IMG/VR virus record: IMGVR_UViG_3300007171_000012
Reading direction: 5' to 3' (one strand)
Length of the DNA stretch: 64,000 bases
Source: an uncultured virus (IMG/VR IMGVR_UViG_3300007171_000012)
Taxonomy: Duplodnaviria > Heunggongvirae > Uroviricota > Caudoviricetes
The translations under genes were made by a program, and so were the position numbers. The notes under the pieces were generated by a model, which made no database searches, had not been told where the DNA came from, and was given only the letters and a program-made list of their open reading frames with translations. Position 1 is the first letter of the stretch. Every line of letters begins with the position of its first letter. Below, piece by piece: positions 1-8,796 of this stretch.

Positions 1-38
1 TTGCTTGCAATTTTAACTATTGAGTGCATAATACAAAC

Positions 39-185
39 ATGAACTGGCACTTCCAAAATTTCAAATACCGCTGCCGCTACTACTGGAAAAAGATCTGCAA
101 TTTTGTTGGTTTCTGCCCCGAGTGCTGGTCATCTGTCAATTATACAGCTTCGGGCCGAGCAATTTGCCCCAAGTGCAGCAAATAA
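39..185 (+). CDS. 48-aa zinc-ribbon peptide (not in ORF track)
   Basis: Manual translation MNWHFQ...FCPECWSSVNYTASGRAICPKCSK with two CxxC pairs; TTGCAA-N16-CATAAT lies just upstream. Confidence 0.6.
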   Translation: MNWHFQNFKYRCRYYWKKICNFVGFCPECWSSVNYTASGRAICPKCSK

Positions 186-276
186 AAAATAATAAAAAAT
201 AAATCTGCATATTAAAGCTCCAAACGTATCGCCTTTAGATTATACTGCATTCACTAAAATCTTCCTTGCTGGAACA

Positions 277-594
277 ATGATCAGAACCATTACAATCGAA
301 CAACTAAAAAAGGATTATATGATGCGCAATGGCTTTATTTTTCAAGCTGCGTCAGACTGTAATCCAGAAAACGCCAAATTGGTTGCTTCTACAGTTCAAG
401 CAAAAGGATTCACTTTGGAATTGCCAGAATTTGTTGGGCATATTGACAACAGAACATTTGCTTTTGTTTATGCAGAAGGTGTTTCTTTCGATACTCCATC
501 ATTTATTGATGTTTGTAAACACATAAGAACATTTTCAGGAGGAAGCCAATTTTTTCATGTGGATGCTTTGTATGCTTGGTTGCAGACTAAGTGA
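277..594 (+). CDS. hypothetical phage protein
   Basis: 105-aa ORF in a + strand gene run. Confidence 0.6.
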   Translation: MIRTITIEQLKKDYMMRNGFIFQAASDCNPENAKLVASTVQAKGFTLELPEFVGHIDNRTFAFVYAEGVSFDTPSFIDVCKHIRTFSGGSQFFHVDALYAWLQTK

Positions 595-625
595 TCCTTC
601 TCTAAACAATTAAAATCAATAAAAT

Positions 626-1063
626 ATGTCAGTCGAAAGATTTGAATTCACAATAGATTACGGCGTTATTTCTGGAAATGAATACGCAAGACATCAAATT
701 TCAAAAGCGTCGATGCTTTCCAAAGAAGACGGTTCGTATGTCCGTTACGAAGATTACGCTCATTTGAGCGAATACTGCGATTATCTCGTTCAATTTAGTA
801 AGCTACCATGCCTTCCTAAAGATCTGGAAGTTCTTCGAAACGCAAATGCAACATTTGCCACTGAGAACCAAACGTTGCGGCAGGAAAATGAAGAAATGGC
901 AAAAAAAATTACTCGATTGCAAAGCGATCTTTATACAGCATTGAAAATGCGGGATAAATGGTTCTGCAAATGGAAAGAAGTTTCAAAGAATTGCGGCGAT
1001 AAAATCGACAAAATAAAGGGTTTTATTGACCAACTCGATCAAAAAGTTGCAGATCCCCGTTGA
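626..1063 (+). CDS. hypothetical coiled-coil protein
   Basis: 145-aa ORF; DGSYVRYEDY motif followed by a heptad-like region. Confidence 0.65.
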   Translation: MSVERFEFTIDYGVISGNEYARHQISKASMLSKEDGSYVRYEDYAHLSEYCDYLVQFSKLPCLPKDLEVLRNANATFATENQTLRQENEEMAKKITRLQSDLYTALKMRDKWFCKWKEVSKNCGDKIDKIKGFIDQLDQKVADPR

Positions 1064-1094
1064 CAAATCCGAAAATATACACTAAGATCAAATC

Positions 1095-1547
1095 ATGAAG
1101 AAAAACGATGCCAAATCGCTACTCAGTCCAACTCCTGCTCAGATCAAATTTCGCAATCGCAAGTGGGTTGAAGCTCTCGTTAAAAACAAGCGCAAAGCTC
1201 GCAGCAAGATGTATGACTGCAAAGGCTCGCGCTGCTGCTTGGCTGTTGCCCAAGATGTCGCGCATGAATTGGGCCTTGAAAATTATAAAGGACATTCCGA
1301 TGCTCTTCCTCATGCAAATGTTGCCAGATTTTTTGGTTGGGAAAGCAAGGAACCTTATTTGAATATCATGTCCAATAATAAGAAATGGATGAAGATGTCA
1401 GCGTTGCAATTGAATGATGGCGTTGATGCTTTTGATACTGAAAATAGAAAGTTTCGGAGGTTCGGGCTGTCTCACGGCCAAATTGCTGAATGTGTTTTGA
1501 ACACTTTCGTTCGCCCAAGCACCAAGAAAGCTTCTTTCTCACTGTAA
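1095..1547 (+). CDS. hypothetical phage protein
   Basis: 150 aa with KWVEAL and RCCLAVA motifs; TTGACA-N17-TAAGAT lies 6 nt before the ATG. Confidence 0.7.
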   Translation: MKKNDAKSLLSPTPAQIKFRNRKWVEALVKNKRKARSKMYDCKGSRCCLAVAQDVAHELGLENYKGHSDALPHANVARFFGWESKEPYLNIMSNNKKWMKMSALQLNDGVDAFDTENRKFRRFGLSHGQIAECVLNTFVRPSTKKASFSL

Positions 1548-1555
1548 ATCTGCCT

Positions 1556-2356
1556 ATGAAACCTAAAACTATTATTTATCGTTTTGATTCCAAAGAAGAA
1601 CTGAATCAGTTGATTCAACTTTACGGAAGGGAATACTTTTGTTATATTCCCCATCATTCTACAGAAGGTTTTCTTTACGAGCAAGTTAGCCGCCGCTTGG
1701 CACAAAATACAGGAGGCGTGTGGACAAGCGCTACTCTGTCAGAAGCTCTAGCAGATTCACGTTATACAGTTGTGACGTTTGCTGAAGCAGTAGAAAATAA
1801 AAACAAACAAACAAACAAAATGAAAGTCGGTGATATTGTAAAATGTAATAAGGCCAGCGGATCAACCTTCCTGCGCACTTGGAATACTTATGAGCTTGTT
1901 GATCAAAATATTTATGGCAATTGGCAAGTGAAGCAAGTTGACAGTGGAGAGCTTTCTGCTCATTGGTATAAGAGTGATCGTTTCGAGGTTATCTCTTCGT
2001 CAAGCAAAAGTATCAAGAGGGTCAATCTGATTGAAAGATACAAGACTGTTTCGGGTAATGCCGTGAAGTTTTATACCGTTGATGGAGATAATGCTGCTTA
2101 TCCAGTCGTTGGAGTTTACAAGAATGCGGCGGGAGCTTGGGTGAATACTGTGTGGACTGCTGATGGTCTTAATGCTCAGTCTGATCTGAACTTGGTTCTA
2201 GTGCCAAACAAGCAAATTGTTACTCTTTCTTATGGAAACGCTGAGATTTTTAGCGATGGTTCCATTCTTTTTGAATCAAAAAGAAAAAAGTTCTCATTCA
2301 CTTTTGATAAAGACGAGATCGCAAATCTACATAAGCTTTCTCAAGAAATGCTATAA
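1556..2356 (+). CDS. hypothetical protein; possible internal start at 1820 (MKVGDIVKC)
   Basis: Open frame; an A-rich initiation-like tract precedes ATG 1820. Confidence 0.6.
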   Translation: MKPKTIIYRFDSKEELNQLIQLYGREYFCYIPHHSTEGFLYEQVSRRLAQNTGGVWTSATLSEALADSRYTVVTFAEAVENKNKQTNKMKVGDIVKCNKASGSTFLRTWNTYELVDQNIYGNWQVKQVDSGELSAHWYKSDRFEVISSSSKSIKRVNLIERYKTVSGNAVKFYTVDGDNAAYPVVGVYKNAAGAWVNTVWTADGLNAQSDLNLVLVPNKQIVTLSYGNAEIFSDGSILFESKRKKFSFTFDKDEIANLHKLSQEML

Positions 2357-2438
2357 TTGAAAATAATTGCAATCCTGAGCAGAGACGTTAAAAGGCTCAC
2401 TTTTTCACAATACAAAAAAAAAAAAAAATACAAAAAAA

Positions 2439-2693
2439 ATGAAATATTCTCTAATTGCTCTTGTTGTTGCGTGCCTTTCTCTTTCTAGCTGCACTGATGC
2501 AGATCGCGCCAAAATGGGCGGCATTGGCAGCAAGTTCAAGGTTGAAATGTATTCTGGAGGCACCAAGGTCCGCGAATGGATTTCCAGCGGCAAGGTTCAC
2601 TCTGAACAGGGATCGGACGGTTACTACTTTAATGACACGGCGACAAATACCGTGGTCGAGGTGAGTGGTGATGTTGTGATCACTGAGCTTTGA
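2439..2693 (+). CDS. putative lipoprotein
   Basis: MKYSLIALVVACLSLSSC: signal peptide ending in a lipobox-like LSSC. Confidence 0.7.
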   Translation: MKYSLIALVVACLSLSSCTDADRAKMGGIGSKFKVEMYSGGTKVREWISSGKVHSEQGSDGYYFNDTATNTVVEVSGDVVITEL

Positions 2694-3214
2694 TGTGTAT
2701 GTAACAAACAAAAGAATTGATCAATTTAGGCTCCAAATGCTCTGTTTTCGTTAATTACAAACGATGTTCAAAGTGTTTGGGGCCAGAATGATTAATTTGT
2801 GATTTATAAATACCGTTTGGCACAAATGAATAACTTGTTTGTGCGCCATTATGACGCAGTTGTTTGCGATCCTGCGACAACTTGACACAGTGGAATAAAA
2901 GAGCGTTTCTGAGAGGGGTAAAACAGAGGACAGAAACAGCTTTTTTAAGGGGATTTTAATCGCGAATTTGAGACGGTGAAATACGCTGAAATCCTTGATT
3001 TATCAAGGTTTCTACGACCCCCACCCACCCTCTTCCAAACACTCTATCTATATAGGAAACATAACAAGCAAACAAAGCATATTGGGAAGGATGTAAAAAG
3101 AGGGGGGAGGTGGAATGATTTGCCAACCCTCAATCTCTTAAAACACTTTTTACGGCTAAATTCCCACCATTTTCTGCTTGCAAAAAAACCCTACAACCCT
3201 TATACTACAAGGAA

Positions 3215-3436
3215 ATGAGGACATTCATACTGAAAGCAGCAGCCGCAACGACAACGTTTTTTATCGCGCCTGTGATTGCTCTAATTTGCGGGCTAATCGT
3301 ATTTTTCCAAGTGTATTTTTACCTATGGAAAGGTCTTTTTGGTGAGGTTGATGACATTCAAAACAATCCAAATAAACCAAAAGACATTTGGGATCGTCAC
3401 ATCGAGCGCCAAAATCAGAAAAAACAAGATCAATAA
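3215..3436 (+). CDS. small membrane protein
   Basis: Long hydrophobic N-terminal segment; TTGCAA-N17-TATACT promoter upstream. Confidence 0.65.
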   Translation: MRTFILKAAAATTTFFIAPVIALICGLIVFFQVYFYLWKGLFGEVDDIQNNPNKPKDIWDRHIERQNQKKQDQ

Positions 3437-3507
3437 TGGAGTATTTGTATTAGTAGATACGAAATAAAAGAAATTCGATGGAGTATTTGTCTTACTAGAT
3501 ACGAAAT
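3436..3507. repeat. 30-bp direct repeat pair
   Basis: ATGGAGTATTTGTATTAGTAGATACGAAAT (3436-3465) and ATGGAGTATTTGTCTTACTAGATACGAAAT (3478-3507), 2 mismatches. Confidence 0.85.
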
Positions 3508-3677
3508 TTGTTTGGCTTGCCTCTGGATAGATTTTTCCAACGGTCTTTTAATTTCAGTTCTCGTTTGAGTAAAGCGGCAATAGGATTCTTGCACAAGAAG
3601 TCTCGCGCATTCAAATTGTATTCTGCGAAAAATTTTTCGAGCAAATATAGTAGTTGGTCTTGGTCTTTTTTATTCAT
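3495..3677 (-). CDS. small hypothetical protein
   Basis: 60 aa; overlaps the stop of the upstream GIY-YIG gene. Confidence 0.55.
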   Translation of the reverse strand: MNKKDQDQLLYLLEKFFAEYNLNARDFLCKNPIAALLKRELKLKDRWKNLSRGKPNKFRI

Positions 3678-4149
3678 GCTTTTTGTAGGAAATTGAGTTT
3701 AAGAATCCACCAAAGAACATTGTCGCTGACAACGAATCAGTATTAGTAAAAAACTCTTTGGCTATTTGAGGAGAGGAATGGTATTTGCTTCGGAAGCTAT
3801 TCAATAATTCTTTTTCGATGTTGTGGTTTTTGTGAAAAGAGAAGCGACTCCATGCGTATTGTAAATCTTCCATAGCGGCCCCGCCATAACAACAAAAACT
3901 ACTTGTGTGGCTCATCATTCTTCGGAATGGAGAATTGCTACGCCCGAACTTAACTATCTTTTGTTTTGTGTCGCACAAACAATATACAAAATAAGAGTCC
4001 TTGTTTGATTCAATACGCTTCAAAAAAGAATACTCAGGGTCCAATTGCACAGCGGGGATATTTTTAACCCATATGAAATTCTTGCCAAAAACATTTCCAT
4101 AAATATCTTGACCCGCTGCTTTGGATGTATATAATTCTATTGCCTTCAT
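3670..4149 (-). CDS. GIY-YIG (T5orf172-like) nuclease
   Basis: FVYCL...VKFGRSNSPFRR...IEKEL...KEFF pattern. Confidence 0.7.
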   Translation of the reverse strand: MKAIELYTSKAAGQDIYGNVFGKNFIWVKNIPAVQLDPEYSFLKRIESNKDSYFVYCLCDTKQKIVKFGRSNSPFRRMMSHTSSFCCYGGAAMEDLQYAWSRFSFHKNHNIEKELLNSFRSKYHSSPQIAKEFFTNTDSLSATMFFGGFLNSISYKKHE

Positions 4150-4221
4150 ATTCGTATTTACACCGATAAATACTCTAAGAGAACAATTACAAACGATTTT
4201 CCACTAAATAAACAAAAAAAA

Positions 4222-4410
4222 ATGAACGAAATTACAAACACGCCCGAGGTAAATAACGAAAACATTCTTGAAGATCTTAGTCCTGCTCGCCGCCGACACA
4301 TTCAGGCTCAGTATCAACGACTTTTAAATCTTATTCCCACTGGTAAACACAAAAAGCAGAGAGGGCAAAAGGGCGCGTTCGGCAAAAGCAAGTTCTTGAA
4401 TCGCAAATAA
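4222..4410 (+). CDS. small basic hypothetical protein
   Basis: 62 aa with an A-rich upstream region. Confidence 0.55.
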   Translation: MNEITNTPEVNNENILEDLSPARRRHIQAQYQRLLNLIPTGKHKKQRGQKGAFGKSKFLNRK

Positions 4411-4490
4411 GAGCATTGCAAATAATGTAATCGCAAATAAACAAAAGGCAAATAAGCCGCCGCCAAATATGAATCAAAAGCAACGAAATA
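4403..4490 (+). repeat. CAAATA array with 15-bp period
   Basis: CAAATA starts at 4404, 4419, 4434, 4449 and 4464. Confidence 0.85.
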
Positions 4491-4685
4491 AAGAAGCCGA
4501 TCTTGAGCTACTGCGTCAATTTGTCGCACTTATACTAAAGTTTCTTTTTGTTTGTTTTGTGGTGGTTTGTGTGGCTTTTGGCGTCATTTGGGTTTTTAAA
4601 TCGTTTTAAGTGTTTTTTTGCCTGACGCATTTTTAAGCAAAAAATTGTTGACGCGCCCAATGAGGTCAAGTAGAGTGTCTCCAAC

Positions 4686-4946
4686 ATGAACGCCGAAGCA
4701 AACACCAAACGTCGCGGTCGCCCCGCAGGTTCCAATTCTTTTGTCAAGATCAAGACGAGCGATTTGATTCGTTTGATTGGAGAGAATGGTATTGTGCCTG
4801 TGAGCAAGGTGTGGCTGCGTGAAATGGGCGTGGTTGTGGGAGAACAGCCTGCGCCGATCCAGATTACCGCCGCTGTCGAACCTGTAGCCGAAGAAGAAAA
4901 AATCTCTTTCTCTCTCACTACATTCGATGAAGATGATGCAGAATAA
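4686..4946 (+). CDS. small AT-hook-like DNA-binding protein with acidic tail
   Basis: KRRGRPAGS motif and C-terminal FDEDDAE; TTGACG-N17-TAGAGT promoter. Confidence 0.6.
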   Translation: MNAEANTKRRGRPAGSNSFVKIKTSDLIRLIGENGIVPVSKVWLREMGVVVGEQPAPIQITAAVEPVAEEEKISFSLTTFDEDDAE

Positions 4947-5005
4947 TGTTGACACCCTGCATTCTCTGATTCATTCTCTCTCCAGCAACCAAACCAACTG
5001 ACCAA

Positions 5006-5905
5006 ATGTTCCAAGACCTCATCGGACAAGATCACATCAAAAAGACTCTGAGTTTCTATGTCGAAGGTGCCAAGCGTGGTGGCGCAGTGCCGCCGCTTCT
5101 TTTCACTGGTGCGCGTGGACTTGGCAAGACTGAGTTCGCTCGCCAGATGGCACGCAACCTCAAGAAACCTCTTCTTGAACTCAACTGCTCGACCATCAAG
5201 AACAACACGCAATTCTTCGAACAGATTTTCGTGCCTGTGGTGATGAACAATGAAATCACTATTTTGTTTGATGAGTGTCACGCGCTGCCCAAGGAACTGC
5301 AAAATGCTTTCCTTACGGTCTTCAATGTTGAGAAGGCGAGCCGCAAGAGTTTCGAGTGGCAAGGTTCTTCGATGGAGTTCGACTTTACCAAGCAAACTTA
5401 TTTGTTTGCTACGACTGAACCTGACAAGATCTTCACTCCTCTCAAGGATCGTTTCGAAGAAATTGATTTCCGCAGCTACACCGAAACTGAGCTTGGTGAC
5501 ATTCTCAAGAAGCGTGCCGATTGGGTTTCTTTTGACGATGCGCTGATTCCCACGATGGCCGAAACGCTGCGCGGCAATGCTCGCAGTGCTGTCAAACGCT
5601 CCAAACAAATTGAGCTGTTCTGCGAAACCAAGAACATCAACAAGTTTGGTTTGGCCGAATGGAATGAAATGTGTGTTCTGCTGGATGTCAAGGCCAATGG
5701 TCTGACCAATTCGGAAGTGCAGGTTCTCAAGATTCTCAAGGAACGTGGCGCATGCACGCTGGCGATGTTGTCTGCCGCAACTGGTTTCTCGCGCACTGCT
5801 TTGCAGCGTGATATTGAAATGCATCTTCTGCGCAAGGGATATATGAAAATCGAAGGAACTCGCATGATTACTGGCGCAGGTCAGAAGGCATTGAGTCAGC
5901 TTTGA
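5006..5905 (+). CDS. ruvB: RuvB-like Holliday junction branch-migration AAA+ ATPase
   Basis: FQDLIGQDHIK, Walker A GARGLGKT, Walker B ILFDECH, ATT...PLKDRF, RGNAR, and a winged-helix-like C-terminus. Confidence 0.85.
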   Translation: MFQDLIGQDHIKKTLSFYVEGAKRGGAVPPLLFTGARGLGKTEFARQMARNLKKPLLELNCSTIKNNTQFFEQIFVPVVMNNEITILFDECHALPKELQNAFLTVFNVEKASRKSFEWQGSSMEFDFTKQTYLFATTEPDKIFTPLKDRFEEIDFRSYTETELGDILKKRADWVSFDDALIPTMAETLRGNARSAVKRSKQIELFCETKNINKFGLAEWNEMCVLLDVKANGLTNSEVQVLKILKERGACTLAMLSAATGFSRTALQRDIEMHLLRKGYMKIEGTRMITGAGQKALSQL

Positions 5906-6542
5906 TTAGATTGTCTAAAGCCCATAGGGGTTGCAGATTACTATAATGACATAGCTTTTCTGCTTCCTCTGGGGTTTTAGCCGAAGACAAAGGAATGATA
6001 TGGTCAATATGCCATTCGCCTCTATTATCCCATGTCATTCCTTCTTGGAAAAGAGATTCGATATGAGCTTTTACGGTTTCCCATTCTGCGCCCAACATAA
6101 GCATCGTTTTTGAGCATTTCGACCAACCGTTTTTCTTAAAGCAGATATTTACACGACAGCGTAATCTCTCCTTCAAAGCGAACATGATGTCTTCTTTTCT
6201 TTTTTTAGCTTTGTATTCTCTGTTGTTTCTTTTGCCTTCGTCAGTGCGCGAATACTCCCTTTTGTAAGCAGCCCTCTTCATTAAGAAGTCTGAATCGCTT
6301 TCTTTTTTTTGTTGATACCAATCTTTGCTCTTTTCTCGATATTTTATATTCTCCAATTTTGTAACCTCCTTACCTTGTGGAGTAGATCGAAATCTTTTTC
6401 TTCTTTCATTTCTTAATTCAAGAAGTTCTTTTTCTCTTTCCACTTTTGCAGGGTCAATGCTTAATAATTCTTTTTTTCTTGCTCTTTCGCAAGGGTAACA
6501 TCTAGACTCTACTGGCTGTTGGCATTTTTTGCAAACCTTCAT
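5868..6542 (-). CDS. HNH homing endonuclease-like protein
   Basis: CKKC...CYPC, then GMTWDNRGEWHIDHIIPL...HYSNLQPLWALDNLIK. Confidence 0.9.
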   Translation of the reverse strand: MKVCKKCQQPVESRCYPCERARKKELLSIDPAKVEREKELLELRNERRKRFRSTPQGKEVTKLENIKYREKSKDWYQQKKESDSDFLMKRAAYKREYSRTDEGKRNNREYKAKKRKEDIMFALKERLRCRVNICFKKNGWSKCSKTMLMLGAEWETVKAHIESLFQEGMTWDNRGEWHIDHIIPLSSAKTPEEAEKLCHYSNLQPLWALDNLIKADSMPSDLRQ

Positions 6543-6637
6543 AATATATATTACACCAAAAGTCTGTATTTATGGGCAGCGTTTTTCTCCTTTTTCCTAT
6601 TGACACGCCCTCTTCCAGCAATTAACTTTTCCCCGAC

Positions 6638-7048
6638 ATGAAACCTCTCAACTACATCATCAGCACCAACGGCCTTGGCATCGCAGTCGGCATCGTTGGC
6701 GACAAGACTCTCGCCCAGCGTGATGCAACCCTTGCAGAAAACATCTATGGATCAAATACATCAGACCATTTGTTTGCTAGTCTTATTTACATGGCTAGTG
6801 TGCAGCAATTCAAAAAATTCCTTACGCTGAAAGAATACTTCTTGATTTGGGACGAACATTGGGGCAAAAACAAAGTCGCAGGTCGTCGCGATCCCGCCCT
6901 GATCATGCAGTTTACTCGCCGCGCCATCAAACGCGCCCGACTCATTATGGAAGCAAACGTTTCTTTTGAGAATTTTATGCAAGGAATGTCTGCTCGCAAC
7001 AACGAATATCAAATTGGCGGCTATCAGGACGAAGCAGCCGCCGAGTAA
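6638..7048 (+). CDS. hypothetical protein
   Basis: 136 aa; TTGACA-N17-TAACTT lies 8 nt before the ATG. Confidence 0.7.
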   Translation: MKPLNYIISTNGLGIAVGIVGDKTLAQRDATLAENIYGSNTSDHLFASLIYMASVQQFKKFLTLKEYFLIWDEHWGKNKVAGRRDPALIMQFTRRAIKRARLIMEANVSFENFMQGMSARNNEYQIGGYQDEAAAE

Positions 7049-7072
7049 TCGCAACTACAATACAATAACAAC

Positions 7073-7231
7073 ATGATGAGCAATTGTAAACTTACGTTGA
7101 TCAAGTGGAGCAATGGAACCATCAACAAGTTCCTCAAAAACGATCCTAACATTAATGATTTCGTAGATTGGAAGAAAACAAAGTTTCCGAATCTGCGAAT
7201 TGTTCTGCGCTGTAATATCAACCTCAAATAA
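7073..7231 (+). CDS. 52-aa hypothetical protein (not in ORF track)
   Basis: MMSNCKLTLIKWSNGTINKF...RCNINLK with an A/C-rich leader. Confidence 0.5.
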   Translation: MMSNCKLTLIKWSNGTINKFLKNDPNINDFVDWKKTKFPNLRIVLRCNINLK

Positions 7232-7300
7232 CGGCAATCGCAAATACGGCAAATAAAATAACAGCAAATAACAAAAAGCCAAATAAGTAAAGCCGTAATA
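7225..7300 (+). repeat. second CAAATA array
   Basis: CAAATA at 7225, 7241, 7250, 7265, 7280 and GTAATA at 7295; 15-bp period from 7250. Confidence 0.75.
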
Positions 7301-7347
7301 ACGTGCGTATGTAACTACCTGATCACCAGCGACTTGTGAAGAGATTC

Positions 7348-7424
7348 GTAAGTCGTTGAGTGTGAAGGGGTTACGGAGGCGCGGCCCCCCTGCCGCTGTA
7401 AGTCGTTGATTTTCAATCACTTAC
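7348..7424 (-). repeat. 77-bp double-palindrome element, copy 1 (apparently inverted)
   Basis: GTAAGTCGTTGA-GTG-TGAAGGGGTTAC + 23-bp GC spacer + GTAAGTCGTTGA-TTT-TCAATCACTTAC. Confidence 0.85.
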
Positions 7425-7666
7425 AACAGATCTCGCATTTCCCAATCTTCGTCATCCATCAGAACGTCAACGGGGTCGCCCGCGCCGATCATGCGGTCGA
7501 TGTAGTCGCCCATTTGTTCTTTCATATTTGCCTTGACACGCGCCCTTGCATCGAAATGCAGACGATTGCGGCGGCAGTAGGCACAAGAGCCATGATTGCG
7601 ACATGACCAGTCAAAGCGGCGGCTGTCAAACTTTTTCGGATATTTTTTGCTTGTGGAACGGCTCAT
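7421..7666 (-). CDS. hypothetical Cys/His-motif protein
   Basis: SCRNHGSCAYC motif; its stop codon falls inside element copy 1. Confidence 0.7.
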   Translation of the reverse strand: MSRSTSKKYPKKFDSRRFDWSCRNHGSCAYCRRNRLHFDARARVKANMKEQMGDYIDRMIGAGDPVDVLMDDEDWEMRDLL

Positions 7667-7667
7667 T

Positions 7668-8018
7668 TTATTGGGGGTTGGTGGCGTAGATCATGCGGCC
7701 CTTGATGAAAACTCTGTCGGCGGTGTCAACATATTTTTGACCGTCGTAGAATTTTTCCAGCTTGTAAGGGTTGTATGTGATCAAATCCATCCATTCGTTG
7801 AGATTGGACTGACCTTCAAAAATCGTGCCGCAGATGTAGGCATGCACGTTTTTTCTTTTGTTTTTAATTACACGCTGGCGACCCTTTTCGGATACCTTGA
7901 AAACAACATCCGTCAGCGAGATGGATTGGCGGTGGCGCACGACTTTCCACACGCCATTCACTTTGGCTTGAACAGAAAGGAGTTTCTTTGCGAGGTTGAA
8001 GTAAACGCGGACTTTCAT
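7668..8018 (-). CDS. hypothetical phage protein
   Basis: VRVYFNL...GRQRVIKNKRKNVHA...YNPYK; own promoter TTGCAC-N17-TACATT. Confidence 0.8.
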   Translation of the reverse strand: MKVRVYFNLAKKLLSVQAKVNGVWKVVRHRQSISLTDVVFKVSEKGRQRVIKNKRKNVHAYICGTIFEGQSNLNEWMDLITYNPYKLEKFYDGQKYVDTADRVFIKGRMIYATNPQ

Positions 8019-8067
8019 GGCGGGGGAAATGTAATAGAATGAATGAATTTGTGCAAGCTTTTTTTGA

Positions 8068-8238
8068 TTAAAAAGGGCCGTCGTCTTCTGGGTGCCGCTG
8101 ATCTTCGCCCTGATAAAAAGGATTCTTTTCCCATGTATCCCAGCTTGACAAGATCCATTGTTTATCTGGATTTTCCATGCCGAAGATTTGGCGCTGCTCT
8201 TCGATTGCTTCGTGAATGATGTGTTGTCTTGCGTCCAT
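8068..8238 (-). CDS. 56-aa hypothetical protein (not in ORF track)
   Basis: MDARQHII...QWILSSWDTWEKNPFYQGEDQRHPEDDGPF. Confidence 0.65.
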   Translation of the reverse strand: MDARQHIIHEAIEEQRQIFGMENPDKQWILSSWDTWEKNPFYQGEDQRHPEDDGPF

Positions 8239-8248
8239 GTGGAAGAAT

Positions 8249-8650
8249 TTATTCGGTAGCGATCACCATGTCAAACGGAATCTCAACAAAACGATCCATC
8301 TCTTGCACCATAGCGATAGATTGGCGATCTGAATCAAAACGATTCTCCACGATGTAGCGACGGATAACCATATCATATTTCGCGCAGAAATCATAAAACC
8401 TTTTGCTTGTTCCAAACCACTTGCGCAGTTTGTTCAGTGAGCAAAAGCCATATCGAGAAAAATCGTTATGATATTTTCCCAATCCATTGTGAAATGGACT
8501 AAGATGATAATCCTCGCTGAATCCCATATCTAAATACTCCCTGACTAAAGCGCAGAAGTAGCGTCGAAAACCTGTTTCATGGTCATGGGTCAGGTGATTG
8601 TAAAAGCCAATGCGAGTCTCTTTGTTTTCGAGGCGATACAAGAAGGGCAT
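8249..8650 (-). CDS. hypothetical protein
   Basis: 133 aa; TTGACC-N16-TAGTCT lies 6 nt before the ATG. Confidence 0.7.
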   Translation of the reverse strand: MPFLYRLENKETRIGFYNHLTHDHETGFRRYFCALVREYLDMGFSEDYHLSPFHNGLGKYHNDFSRYGFCSLNKLRKWFGTSKRFYDFCAKYDMVIRRYIVENRFDSDRQSIAMVQEMDRFVEIPFDMVIATE

Positions 8651-8709
8651 GCGGAAAGACTAGCAAAAGGATTTGGTTGGTCAACTTTTTTTTGTGATTT
8701 TTTTCCGCT

Positions 8710-8786
8710 GTAAGTCTCTCATTTTCAAGGACTTGCGCACGCGGGGCGGCCCCGCCGTCGTAACTCGTTGATACTCAGCGAGTTAC
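8710..8786. repeat. 77-bp element, copy 2
   Basis: Palindromes at 8710-8736 and 8760-8786 with a 23-bp GC spacer; orientation ambiguous. Confidence 0.85.
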
Positions 8787-8796
8787 GCAGGGATTT

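Noticed and set aside
2976..3218. 80-aa ORF and palindrome AAATCCTTGATTTATCAAGGTTT near 2990
   Set aside because: The ORF overlaps a promoter and looks non-coding. The palindrome resembles the array motif only loosely (4-nt centre, no partner at 50 bp).
3436..3507. Mini-CRISPR (repeat ends in GAAAT)
   Set aside because: Only two copies and a 12-bp gap.
4535..5824. 429-aa minus-strand ORF
   Set aside because: Antisense shadow of ruvB and its upstream gene, with no recognisable motifs.
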